Part shown: positions 1-10,888 of the stretch, piece after piece
Layout: each line of letters opens with the position of its first letter
How positions within the stretch are numbered: the first letter of the stretch is position 1
Assembly (NCBI GenBank): GCA_051530055.1
Contig: CM121342.1
Coordinates: forward strand, 7,386,691 to 7,450,690
Source: Neoechinorhynchus agilis
Lineage: Eukaryota > Animalia > Acanthocephala
Direction: 5' to 3'
DNA length: 64,000 bases
Translations under genes and position numbers: made by a program
The notes under the pieces: model-generated
Told to the model about the DNA's origin: nothing
The model's database searches: none
Seen by the model: only the letters and a program-made list of their open reading frames with translations

Positions 1-27
1 AACGGAGTTGCCAATGCGCTTCGCATC

Positions 28-645
28 TTAGAAACAAGCGTAAGTGGAACGATCGTGTGTTTCGTTTTTCTCGTCCTTTTGAACTAGTTCATCGTTCTTT
101 TCTTCGCCCACCACTGTAACTTCAGTTGTGTCCGTTATTTTAACCTTACAGATTTCATTCATAGACGAATTGGTATCAACGTCTTTTCTATCCTCCGGCG
201 CTAATATTCTACACAACACTTCTTTGTCACAGAAAGTTTTACCACCACTTTCGTCTTCTTTCAAAGTCTCTTCCTTATTTTCAGGTAAATTTTCACGTTT
301 TTTCATAATTGACTTCGTTGCCGTTTTTAGCGGTGTTATGGGACTTGATTTCTTCACATTGTCGCTATCATTAGCACTTCGAGCTTGTTTTTGACGGTTT
401 AAATATTTTCTATCATACGATTTTGAACGTAACTTACTCTCAAAAGCATTCGGATATTGAATGCTTGTCATCAATGGTCGAAACGGTGCAGAATTGCACA
501 TAAACGGATTACTATAGTTCATTTGTTGTATTAACGGAATTGAACGGAGAGATTTGTGATGTTGCGTAAAGGCCATGGGTTCATTACAAGGCACAAAGCT
601 CAATAAACTCGGCCCATTAGGTTCAATCGTATTACACCTTCTCAT
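28..645 (-). CDS. Hypothetical low-complexity protein, possibly the 3' exon of the gene at 700-1167
   Basis: 205-codon open frame, unlikely by chance in AT-rich DNA; K/E-rich C-terminus; no recognisable domain. A phase-2 GT(ATGG) donor near 730 and an AG near 640 could join it to the upstream ORF. Confidence 0.4.
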   Translation of the reverse strand: MRRCNTIEPNGPSLLSFVPCNEPMAFTQHHKSLRSIPLIQQMNYSNPFMCNSAPFRPLMTSIQYPNAFESKLRSKSYDRKYLNRQKQARSANDSDNVKKSSPITPLKTATKSIMKKRENLPENKEETLKEDESGGKTFCDKEVLCRILAPEDRKDVDTNSSMNEICKVKITDTTEVTVVGEEKNDELVQKDEKNETHDRSTYACF

Positions 646-699
646 CGAGTATTATTCATTTCATAATTTAAAAGAAATGAACACTTTTATGAAGTGAAT

Positions 700-1167
700 T
701 TAAATGTTTTGAGCGGCCATACGACCATACTGTTGTTGACCATTCTGACATCCGACTAACAAACCTGAACTTCCGTACATTTGTTGTCGACTAGATAATT
801 TAGAGGAGTAAATCGGGCATTGATTGTTGTAAAAAGGAGTCTCGTTTGTTCTTAATGGTAGTCTTACTGTTTCCAAATGTGGAACCTGTGGACGAACTTT
901 TTGAGGAGCAAAGAAATTCTGTGACTTCTCGCATAATTTGTGCTCTTTGTCTCGATTGTGTAATTGTCGTTTTATTTGAAACAGTCGAGCTTCTTCGTTA
1001 ATGTAGTCACGAAGTGGTCTTGGATCTATTGGAGCTGCTAATGCAGACGAATATTGAGGCATTCGGTACATAACACAACTTTGGTATTTACGCGAACTGT
1101 TCTCACCTATAATGCTTATTTCCACGACTTTAATAATCATAAACGTTAATTTTAGCCCGAAAAACAT
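700..1167 (-). CDS. Hypothetical protein (likely start MYRMP at about 1071)
   Basis: 155-codon ORF, Q/P-rich; no family recognised. Confidence 0.35.
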   Translation of the reverse strand: MFFGLKLTFMIIKVVEISIIGENSSRKYQSCVMYRMPQYSSALAAPIDPRPLRDYINEEARLFQIKRQLHNRDKEHKLCEKSQNFFAPQKVRPQVPHLETVRLPLRTNETPFYNNQCPIYSSKLSSRQQMYGSSGLLVGCQNGQQQYGRMAAQNI

Positions 1168-1168
1168 G

Positions 1169-1741
1169 AAAAAGTGAAGTTAAAATTATGCAATTCTAAC
1201 CAGATTTGGGCCCCAGAACTTTGATATTTGTATTCAAGCTCTAAAAAATTAACAGACATCACATTGTGGGGTTTCGGTTATCCCTAAACAAAAAATCCCG
1301 TTTCAAAATGGTGTTCGATCGCAATTAATTCGCGGATAATCTACGTTTTATTGTACTCAATTTCCAGAACAAAAATCCCCATCTAAGACTTTTATAAGGA
1401 AATGTTTCCCGATCCTGTCAAAGAAAACGAATTTATAGCGTTTTTTAAGCGGGGGAATGTTTCTTAAAGTTAAATACAATGAAACCATCGATGATCCTAA
1501 ACGTTGATTTTATCCAGATTGCTGTTCTACCCAACTTTCGTTGCTAGAAGAGAATCACAGCGAGAAAGAGAAAAAGTGAAGTTAAAATTATGTAATTCTA
1601 ACCAGATTTTGGTCCCAGAACTTTGATATTTGCATTCAAGCTCTAAAAACTTAACAGACATCACATTGTGGGGTTTCAGTTATCCCCAAACAAAAAATCC
1701 CGTTTCGAAATGGTGTTCGATCGCAATTAATTCGCGGATAA
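1169..1741. repeat. Direct repeat pair of about 170 bp (1169-1339 and 1571-1741)
   Basis: Near-identical copies from AAAAAGTGAAGTTAAAATTATG to TTCGCGGATAA. Confidence 0.9.
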
Positions 1742-2696
1742 ACGTCGTTCTACTTTATTTTGTTATTAATAATTCAGGTTCAACATTGAAGCGGAAATAT
1801 TTTTGATGGAATTATAAATGTGGAATCATAAACATAGTGTTTTTTTGACGAATGCCGGATTGCATTTTTTTATTCTTGCGAATCTTTGGATGTACTTTGC
1901 AGAAGTGTCCACGCTTCTTGTTCGTGCATTAAAATGCATAATGAAAGCAATTTTCCTTTTTTCTAATAGGCGCCTAAGTATTTCTGTTTAGAAAAAAGAA
2001 GAAACGGTGGAAATTTGCTCTAATAATTGAACCTTTTAACAAACAATTCTTATTTCTGTGTTTAAATTCTATACTTTTAAATGCTAGCAAAAACAACAAC
2101 CGAATTTTAAATATTGGATCGGATATTTGAACAAACAATTTCATCAAAAGCGACAAAATACAGCGACGTTTTGAATGTCATTGTTTAGAAGAAGATTTAA
2201 TTTTGATGAAAATCTCGAAAAATCAAGACCTCCAGTCGTGGACGCATGCAATATCGTAATTTTGACTATTTCCGAATGGACCATTGGTTTGTCTCATTCT
2301 AACAAAGCTATGTAAAATCTTAGGTTTTGTATTGGTAGCTTCAATGTTTGTTTTATTTGCGGATTTCACTCTCATAGAATGTCTTTGATTAAACGCCTTT
2401 TTCCTTTGGGGTCTAATAGATGTAAAAAAGAGAAGATAAAGCTAAAAAAACGCCAAAACAAACCCGATTTCAGTTGTATCATTGAACGTTACTTTTGGCA
2501 TCTTTTTTTCTCTCTAAGTTCACACTCAATGTGAGGAGAAACGCAGGAGTTTTGTTTTACATTCAGTCCCTTCAGTTCTCAGGAGACAGGCAGTGTCTAG
2601 AGTTTAGGTTCAACCTCTCCCAGGCAAGATGTATGAATGGCAGCGCCAAAGGTCAAAGTGCACACATAAGAGCATATTTTCTTTTGGTAATTTAAC

Positions 2697-2825
2697 CACA
2701 CCCGAATTCAAAAATTCATTTTGATTTATTTCACTTGTCGGATAATATCGACATTATCAAAACCTATCATTGCTTCTAAGATTTTTACACAATCTCGGAA
2801 TTACCCAAAGAAATATCGGGTGTGG
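2697..2825. mobile_element. Small fold-back element of the same family as the 247-bp satellite, loop in opposite orientation
   Basis: Terminal inverted repeat CCACACCCGA/TCGGGTGTGG; contains TCGGATAAT...TCGGAATTA arms; its loop is the reverse complement of the satellite loop (CATTGCTTCTAAG at 2768-2780). Confidence 0.6.
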
Positions 2826-2834
2826 CTAAATTAC

Positions 2835-4578
2835 CATAAGAAAGTATCTTTTCCTCAGCATCTCGGATTCAAAAATTGATTTTTATTTATTCCCCCCCCC
2901 CCAATATTTCACTTGTCGGATAATTCCGAGATTTCGTAGAAAACTTACAAGCAATGATAGGTTTTGATAATGTCGGAATTATCCGACAGGTGAAATATTG
3001 GGGGGGGGATAAATCAAAAGAAAGTATCTTTTCCCCTGCCGAAGATTCCCGGATTCAAAAAATTGATTTTGATTTAAAACTACCAAAAGAAAGTATCTTT
3101 TCCTCAGCATCTCGGATTCAAAAATTGATTTTTATTTATTCCCCCCCCAATATTTCACTTGTCGGATAATTCCGAGATTTCGTAGAAAACTTACAAGCAA
3201 TGATAGGTTTTGATAATGTCGGAATTATCCGACAGGTGAAATATTGGGGGGGGGATAAATCAAAAGAAAGTATCTTTTCCCCTGCCGAAGATTCCCGGAT
3301 TCAAAAAATTGATTTTGATTTAAAACTACCAAAAGAAAGTATCTTTTCCTCAGCATCTCGGATTCAAAAATTGATTTTTATTTATTCCCCCCCCCCAATA
3401 TTTCACTTGTCGGATAATTCCGAGATTTCGTAGAAAACTTACAAGCAATGATAGGTTTTGATAATGTCGGAATTATCCGACAGGTGAAATATTGGGGGGG
3501 GGATAAATCAAAAGAAAGTATCTTTTCCCCTGCCGAAGATTCCCGGATTCAAAAAATTGATTTTGATTTAAAACTACCAAAAGAAAGTATCTTTTCCTCA
3601 GCATCCCGGATTCAAAAATTGATTTTTATTTATTCCCCCCCCAATATTTCACTTGTCGGATAATTCCGAGATTTCGTAGAAAACTTACAAGCAATGATAG
3701 GTTTTGATAATGTCGGAATTATCCGACAGGTGAAATATTGGGGGGGGATAAATCAAAAGAAAGTATCTTTTCCCCTGCCGAAGATTCCCGGATTCAAAAA
3801 ATTGATTTTGATTTAAAACTACCAAAAGAAAGTATCTTTTCCTCAGCATCCCGGATTCAAAAATTGATTTTTATTTATCCCCCCCCAATATTTCACTTGT
3901 CGGATAATTCCGAGATTTCGTAGAAAACTTACAAGCAATGATAGGTTTTGATAATGTCGGAATTATCCGACAGGTGAAATATTGGGGGGGGATAAATCAA
4001 AAGAAAGTATCTTTTCCCCTGCCGAAGATTCCCGGATTCAAAAAATTGATTTTGATTTAAAACTACCAAAAGAAAGTATCTTTTCTCAGCATCCCGGATT
4101 CAAAAATTGATTTTTATTTATTCCCCCAATATTTCACTTGTCGATAATTCCGAGATTTCGTAGAAAACTTACAAGCAATGATAGGTTTTGATAATGTCGG
4201 AATTATCCGACAGGTGAAATATTGGGGGGGGATAAATCAAAAGAAAGTATCTTTTCCCCTGCCGAAGATTCCCGGATTCAAAAAATTGATTTTGATTTAA
4301 AACTACCAAAAGAAAGTATCTTTTCCTCAGCATCCCGGATTCAAAAATTGATTTTTATTTATTCCCCCCCCCCAATATTTCACTTGTCGGATAATTCCGA
4401 GATTTCGTAGAAAACTTACAAGCAATGATAGGTTTTGATAATGTCGGAATTATCCGACAAGTGAAACATTGGAGGGGGGATAAATCAAAAGAAAGTATCT
4501 TTTCCCCTGCCGAAGATTCCCGGATTCAAAAAATTGATTTTGATTTAAAACTACCAAAAGAAAGTATCTTTTCCTCAG
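2835..4578. repeat. Tandem array, about 247-bp monomer x7; each monomer holds a hairpin of about 42 bp arms plus two direct sub-repeats
   Basis: Motif TTACAAGC recurs at 2945, 3191, 3439, 3685, 3929, 4169 and 4416; arms CCCCAATATTTCACTTGTCGGATAATTCCGA / TCGGAATTATCCGACAGGTGAAATATTGGGG. The repeated + strand ORFs here are artefacts. Confidence 0.97.
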
Positions 4579-4604
4579 TCCAAAGACACTATAACCAGAA
4601 AAAC

Positions 4605-6013
4605 TTACTTTTTATCACATACATAAATTATCCCGGTCTTTCGATTATCTTTCATGATTCCACTTGATATTCGTGGGGTGGTCATGGCGGTTTTGTTCGT
4701 ACCCAATTGATCAAATGTACGCCGATGGTATCGTGCATCGAAAACGGCCAAATCATCCTTCACAATCGGAACTCGATCGTCCAATACAATAAACGAAAAT
4801 AATCGAACGCAAAATCGTGCAAGCGCTATCAATATCGATGCAAGTGTACTTGTGAACGAACTCACGTCAAATTCAACGAAAGTGAACGTGGACACATTCT
4901 GCATTGCGGTGTCGATCTTTGCTTGGTGAGCTTCGTATACTGGAATTATGACAACCTCTGTCAAAGTAAGAGCCGAAATCTGAAAATCGAATCATTCTCA
5001 AAACCGAAGGTTTTGATTCTCTTTGCAAAATCTTTTATAAATAGACTTTTTAAGTCAATAATCGAAGGATTATTGTTGTCCTATGCGAGTTTGGAGATAG
5101 AAAACCTTTTTCAGTGTAAGAGTCGAATTCAAAATTATAACCGGTTCTTTATCTGTCCAACGTCTTGGTATGAAATCTATTAACCAAATAATTCATATCA
5201 ACAAGAAGAAGAAAAACAAATTCAGCTTAGAAACACCTAAATTGTAATAGAACTACATTTTTATTCTCTGCACGAAATGGTGGTTGATTAAACGTGTAAT
5301 TAATTCATCGAATAATTCAGATAAACTAAAATCGAATCATTCTCAAAACCGAAGGTTTTGATTCTCTTTGCAAAATCTTTTATAAATAGACTTTTTAAGT
5401 CAATAATCGAAGGATTATTGTTGTCCTATGCGAGTTTGGAGATAGAAAACCTTTTTCAGCGCATAAAAGCACGATTTAAGATGATGTTGAATAATGCGAA
5501 TTTCCGATGCCTATTAAGTATTACAAAGTAGGTTGAAATTCCCTAGATGCAAAAACTAGAGGTAGCTCTTCTAATTTCTACTGTTTCGTTTAACTGGCGA
5601 AATTTGTGAGATACTGAACAAATTGCGGATTCGGAATAAATGTTAATCTAAAAACGTGTATTATAATCATCTAAAAAACCTCTTACCACAATACCTGACA
5701 GCGACTATCTGATGAAAAAATTGTACAGCAACGTTGTAATCGTCGAAAAGTTAATAAACGAAATTATTACCATTTTCGACAGGTAATAGCCGGGTACCCA
5801 ATATAGAAAACAATCGCCGATGTATTCATAGACCATAAATATAGCAAAGAGTATCCAATACCTTAATCGAGCATCTGAATCCTCGCGAGGTTTCTTTTGG
5901 TACAAAACAATATGAGTTTTTAGTGCTGGGTAAATAAGTCCAAGGGCTATCGTGAACATTCTACATATCCATCCGATAATCGACATATTCATCCGTAAGT
6001 TACTGACTCCCAA
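4605..6013 (-). CDS. REEP/DP1/HVA22 (TB2_DP1_HVA22) family ER-shaping protein; exon 5705-6013 plus probable second exon 4605-4958, with an in-frame TAG at 5705-5707
   Basis: GLIYPALKT...LRYWILFAIF..YE..GDCFLYWVPGYYLSKM matches the REEP1-4 core; downstream PVYEAHQAKID matches the REEP P...KEKEID helix. Paralog not assignable. Confidence 0.75.
4982..5459. repeat. Direct repeat pair of about 133 bp (4982-5113 and 5327-5459) inside the REEP intron
   Basis: Identical run AAAATCGAATCATTCTCAAAACCG...GAAAACCTTTTTCAG twice. Confidence 0.9.
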
Positions 6014-6214
6014 CTGGAATTCTTTACAGTCATGGAAACGAGAACGAGTGATACTTTTCGATATGGTGTCTCGACGTGTTCATTGATGAAAATGAATTAA
6101 AATAGAAGTTCATTTAATTTCAATTAAAATTAGTAAACGGAACGTAGTCTGACCTTTTTCTCGGTATTTTTTTGCTTTTTAGGTGCCCTTTTCGCCACTC
6201 GCCTTGTTTAAAAG

Positions 6215-7090
6215 AATTCTTAACAAGGCCTACTAATTCGTTGTCCTTCAGGCTGCCCGCGCATCGTCTAAATCTCTTGGACAATTGTTTGACCAGGTTC
6301 TATGCCGCGGTACCAAACGATCCGAATGCCTGGACGCCAAAGAGAACGCGATCCTCTGGGGCGGTTTCTGCTCTCGGGTTGAAAAGCGGCGAATTTTATG
6401 TTACTGGATGCGAGCGTAGCGTCCCAGGGAAGGTCTACGGCGGCCATCGAGTCGGCAAAGATTGCTCGGCTCTAGGATGTTGGGCGCATTCACAGTAATC
6501 AGGGCGCGACTAAGAGAATTGCGTTCACTTCGGCGTGTGCCGACAGACGAGACCTTGGCGTCCCGATGGTTCTACGGTTGCTCCGTAACGGCAGCGATGG
6601 GATTCGCAGAAGCGATCTTCAAGGGAAGCAGTGCTTCCGTTGCGTGATCACGCACGACTTTGAGTTTCCGGTGGTGAACGAGCGGAGTGAAAGAACAATC
6701 GCTTGTAAAGTTTCTTCGTCACCTTCATCGGCGAACTACTCCTCGGACATCTCCGCCTGCGAGCTTCGAAGAAACGCGTCCAGCAAGCGACCGATGTGAG
6801 TTTCGACGGTGGTCACATTCCTGGACACACTCCTTACGTAGCTCACATGCTGTCGAAAGGCATTTAGTAAAATTTCTGTCAAAAGAACTTATTCGCTCTT
6901 TCATTTTTGTGGTCAGAGATCCTTCAGAAACATCACCAGCGGAAGACGCATCCACGACAACTCTGACTAAGTCTCGATGCAGTCTATCAATAGAGAGGTG
7001 AATCTCTTTGCGGTCTGATATCGCGCGTCCCTTTGGATTCTTTTCAGAACGTTCTTGGGCAGAACTCGCGCACAATATTCCCTGCAAATT
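6215..7090 (-). mobile_element. Internally deleted CRE-clade non-LTR retrotransposon (pre-RT region fused to RLE endonuclease region, RT missing)
   Basis: Minus strand encodes LAGRVSSKLAGGDVRGVVR (CRE pre-RT motif), then NSLSRALITVNAPNILEPSNLCRLDGRRRP and FGVQAFGSFGTAA, homologous to the endonuclease regions at 17020-17449 and 34660-35150; stops and frameshifts present. Confidence 0.7.
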
Positions 7091-7678
7091 AAATTTTTAC
7101 TGTTGATGTCGTGATGAGCGATGGATGCGTATTATCAATGGACGTCGGCGGTGAAAAAGAATTGTCCTAGCATGAATTGCGGGATCCATGGACCCTAACA
7201 ACCCCCCGCTTTCATCAGGGAGAAAAACCCATCACAAACCTCACAAAGAAAACAAATATGAAAAAATTGAACTGAAGAATCTGTGACTGCGCCTATTTTT
7301 CCAATTTACACGCAGAAGCGACAAAAATAAAAGTAATATATTTTTTGAGAAAAAAGTATGAGTTTCATTGAAGTTTGTACCCTATTCAACGAAATATTGG
7401 GCAATATATTTTTTAGGCTTCAATTTACTCCTCACTTCTTTGTACCTTACGAAGCGAGGAAAGATTAGTTGAAGTCCAGGGAACCTCAGATTACCAAAGA
7501 TAGCTCATCACTGATAGCAATATTCGATCAGTGTTTCTAAAAAAAGTCGCCTTATATAAGAATCATCATCGGTTCACTTTCGAAGAAAAGAGACGTGTTC
7601 ACCGCAGCAGCAGCAGTAATAACAACAAAAGAAATGAGATTATTTATCGAGTGTAAATGTGCGACTTGGCGATCCCAA

Positions 7679-8632
7679 TCATCTCATTTGCTGATTAAAA
7701 TCATGACCCCAATGTGGCGGTGGTTGTTGTTGTGCGTTTTGTTGACTCATGAATTGGTTCTGCAGTGGTGGTGGTGGTGGTGGTTGTTGTTGGAACATTG
7801 GTCTAAATGGTACCGGTTGAGCGAATGACTGTTGTGGTTGTTGAAAAGGTCGAACAATGTTTTGTTGAGACGATGGCTGTTGTGAGAAGTTAATTTGAGA
7901 TTGAAGGGATTCTTGACCGCCGAATGGCTGTGAGGTGAATTGTCCGAACCCGGGAAACGGTTGAGTATTTGGATTTTGAACGGGTTGGAACGAGGTGACC
8001 GGTGTTGGTGGTTGTGACTGCATCGGCGTAAACATGGCATGTTTTGGTAATTCAGTGGTCGTCGGTTGAACGGGGGTAAACGGTAAACACGGCTTTTGAA
8101 CAAACGCTTCTTCTTGTGTATTTCTTGAAACCTCCTTCGTTGGCTGCGTAGATTGAACTCCAATTGGGTCGAACTGGCTTCCAAGAGACAAATCATCGCT
8201 TTGTTTTGCATCATTCACTACACTTTCTTCTTTTATTGAACGACGAGTGATAACCAAGTCAAGCTTCGGCTTGCAAAGGAACAAAGCAACCTCAAGATCA
8301 GTGTCGTTATGAATAGTAACTAAATCCCCGTCTTCGTCTCGGTATCGAATAATAAAATCATCTTCCGTTCCACGGGACGAACTATGAAGACTCTCGTCAG
8401 GTCCGTCAAACATTCGTTGAAGCATTAACACGAGTTCCGCGTATAGAATACTCTCTGAGAAATGAATCAATATCTTACGAATATCCAAGTTTAGACGAGC
8501 TTTAATAAGCAACTTCCCACTGAGATCTATTTCATTGTTAGGGTGATAGCTCCTACCGACCGGAGATCTCTTACCGATCGGCGATGATCCACTCGCGCGG
8601 TCACCAACCTCATCTAACGATGTTTGCTGCAT
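7679..8632 (-). CDS. TFG: Protein TFG (N-terminal PB1 domain, Q/P-rich tail), single exon
   Basis: IDLSGKLLIKARL..DIRKI.IH....I.Y.ELVLMLQRMF...IRYRDEDGDLVTI....DL matches the TFG PB1 domain; ATG at 8632. The longer ORF start runs into the adjacent minisatellite. Confidence 0.9.
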   Translation of the reverse strand: MQQTSLDEVGDRASGSSPIGKRSPVGRSYHPNNEIDLSGKLLIKARLNLDIRKILIHFSESILYAELVLMLQRMFDGPDESLHSSSRGTEDDFIIRYRDEDGDLVTIHNDTDLEVALFLCKPKLDLVITRRSIKEESVVNDAKQSDDLSLGSQFDPIGVQSTQPTKEVSRNTQEEAFVQKPCLPFTPVQPTTTELPKHAMFTPMQSQPPTPVTSFQPVQNPNTQPFPGFGQFTSQPFGGQESLQSQINFSQQPSSQQNIVRPFQQPQQSFAQPVPFRPMFQQQPPPPPPLQNQFMSQQNAQQQPPPHWGHDFNQQMR

Positions 8633-8639
8633 CGAAACA

Positions 8640-9760
8640 CACAAATCTGCGGAGAGACGAAGATGCGAGGGGAAAAACGATTTGAACACGGAAGAAGAAT
8701 GAAGAAAATGACGTAATTAGTGGGATTTTTGAGCGTTAACGTTCGTTTTGCGAGGAAACGAAGATGCGAGGGAAAACGATTTGAACACGGAAGAATGTGA
8801 CGCCTCTGGTGGGATTTTTGAGCGTTAACGTTCGTTTTGCGAGGAAACGAAGATGCGAGGGGAAAAACGATTTGAACACGGAAGAATGTGACGCCTCTGG
8901 TGCCATTTTTGAGCGTTAACGTTCGTTTTGCGAGGAAACGAAGATGCGAGGGGAAAAACGTTTTGAACACGGAAGAAGAATGAAGAAAATGACGTAATTA
9001 GTGGGATTTTTGAGCGTTAACGTACGTTTTGCGAGGAAACGAAGATGCGGGGGGAAAAACGATTTGAACACGGAAGAATGTGACGCCTCTGGTGGAATTT
9101 TTGAGCGATAACGTTCGTTTTGCGAGGAAACGAAGATGCGAGGGGAAAACGATTTGAACACGGAAGAATGTGACGCCTCTGGTGCGATTTTTGAGCGTTA
9201 ACGTTCGTTTTGCGAGGAAACGAAGATGCGAGGGGAAAAACGATTTGAACACGGAAGAATGTGATACCTCTGGTGGAATTTTTAGCGTCATTCATTTGTT
9301 GATTCACAACGGCGTTTTCAATTACGCACAAGGATTTCATCTGAGAGACCGGTACAGAAACCGTAAAACCAACAAATATTTATACACGGAAAAAAGATGA
9401 AAAATGTGACGTAAAACCCTGATTTACGTTGGTAAACATTCTTTGTTTGCTCTTAAGACCATTTTAAAACAAACTTTTTTTTTAAGATTCGCACCAGGAT
9501 TTCATGTGAGAAATCTGTAAAAGGGAGACGATAAGATGCAAAAAAAGATTTGAACACGGAAGAAAGATGAAGAATGTGACGCAACAGTGGGGTTTGAACG
9601 TTAGTAAATTTTATTCGCCCTTAAGACCATTTTAGAACAAACTTTTTTTAAGATTCGCACCAGGATTTCATGTGAGAAATCTGTAAAAGGGAGACGATAA
9701 GATGCGAGAAACTACTTGAACACGGAAGAAAGATGAAGAATGTGACGTCGTCAGTAACTT
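8640..9760. repeat. Tandem array: about 89-102-bp units (8640-9290) grading into about 165-bp units (9340-9760)
   Basis: GAGGAAACGAAGATGCG recurs at 8752, 8841, 8932 and onward; larger units contain TTCGCACCAGGATTTCAT, also present in the GEMIN6 3' end. Confidence 0.92.
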
Positions 9761-10198
9761 TTATTTGTTCCTGAAGGCGTTCAAAACAATCTTTTTTACA
9801 TTTCGTACCAGGATTTCATTTGGTCCGTGTACGCATGTTTCCGAGTTGTATGGTGGATCAATCACAGTCTGGCCGGCTATCTTTATAACTTTACTGCCTC
9901 TCTCAAGTTCGTAATCTATCTGAACCTCGTTCAATTCCCGCACAAGCACATCAAAATTGGGATCATTTGACTCTTTAGTTTCCACGGCTCTTAAGACTTG
10001 AAGTGTGCTTATACATTCTCGATTAATGAAATGAATTGTCTCGTGTGGACCAGTTGGTTCCAGAACAACATGAACACCACTGTCGGGATCAATGCAATGC
10101 AGAATTCCTTCAACTATTCCATTCGTTGGACGACAACTCAATTCTGCACAGCCAAACAATTCTAACCGAACAAATTTATCAATCATTTCCTCATACAT
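9761..10198 (-). CDS. GEMIN6: Gem-associated protein 6 (SMN complex), single exon
   Basis: Sm-like N-part (GILHCIDPDSG.HVVL) and C-terminal IAGQTVIDPPYNSETC...NEILVRNVKKI match Gemin6; first ATG at 10198. Confidence 0.8.
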   Translation of the reverse strand: MYEEMIDKFVRLELFGCAELSCRPTNGIVEGILHCIDPDSGVHVVLEPTGPHETIHFINRECISTLQVLRAVETKESNDPNFDVLVRELNEVQIDYELERGSKVIKIAGQTVIDPPYNSETCVHGPNEILVRNVKKIVLNAFRNK

Positions 10199-10790
10199 GA
10201 CGTCATAAGGAATCACACGTTATGTCCTACACTAAAAGACCACGGCGATTCTTTCGTATTTTGCGGTTCTCGTTAACCCATCGGGCGAATTTATCCACGA
10301 TTTCTGTCGTATCCATGCTGTAAGGCTTTTATTAACTGCAGAACGAAAGTGGAAAGCAACTTAAACGTTCAACATTAATGTGCGTTACATAGCCGCAATA
10401 TTGATTACCACTTAAGTAACGTAGATTAATCGATACAATTTCACTCCCAATGACGTCATCCAGAATCTTTTGATCTTTCTATAAATACCACGACGATTCT
10501 TTCGTATTTCACCGTCTTCGTTACCCAATCATACGAATTTGTCCACGATTTCACTCCCAGTGATGTCGTGAGCAATCTTTTAATCTCTCTACTAAAGATC
10601 ACGATGATTCTTTCGTATTTCACCGTCTTTGTTACCCAATCATACGAATTTGTCCACGATTTCACTCCCAGTGACGTCTTCTTTCGTATTTTAGCGTCTT
10701 CGTTAACCAATCGGACGAATTTATCGTAGATTTCGCTCTTAGTGACGTCATGAGGAGCCGTGTGACCTAAGGACCAAGATGATTCTTTCG
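10190..10790. promoter_or_regulatory. Divergent GEMIN6/DKC1 promoter made of degenerate units of about 70-120 bp with palindromic TGACGTCA (CRE/ATF) sites
   Basis: GATTCTTTCGTATTT recurs 5-6 times; perfect TGACGTCA at 10198, 10451 and 10743, near-perfect at 10562 and 10672. Head-to-head gene layout. Confidence 0.6.
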
Positions 10791-10888
10791 TATTTTATGG
10801 TCCTCCCCGAGTATTTCTTTTTTTGAAACTGTCTTATTTACCTGTTGGGTTGATTTGTTCTTTTTCTTAGATTGCGTAAGCTGTTGAG

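Noticed and set aside
2954-4667. Repeated 60-80 aa ORFs (MIGFDNVGIIRQ...)
   Set aside because: Products of the satellite monomer; frames shift with poly-C/G length, so no coding constraint.
5705-5707. Alternative genetic code (TAG as a sense codon)
   Set aside because: UBE2G2 ends at TAG at the expected family position and long conserved ORFs contain no internal TAG.
8614-9400. Cluster of overlapping ORFs upstream of TFG
   Set aside because: All lie in the minisatellite and repeat the same low-information peptides.
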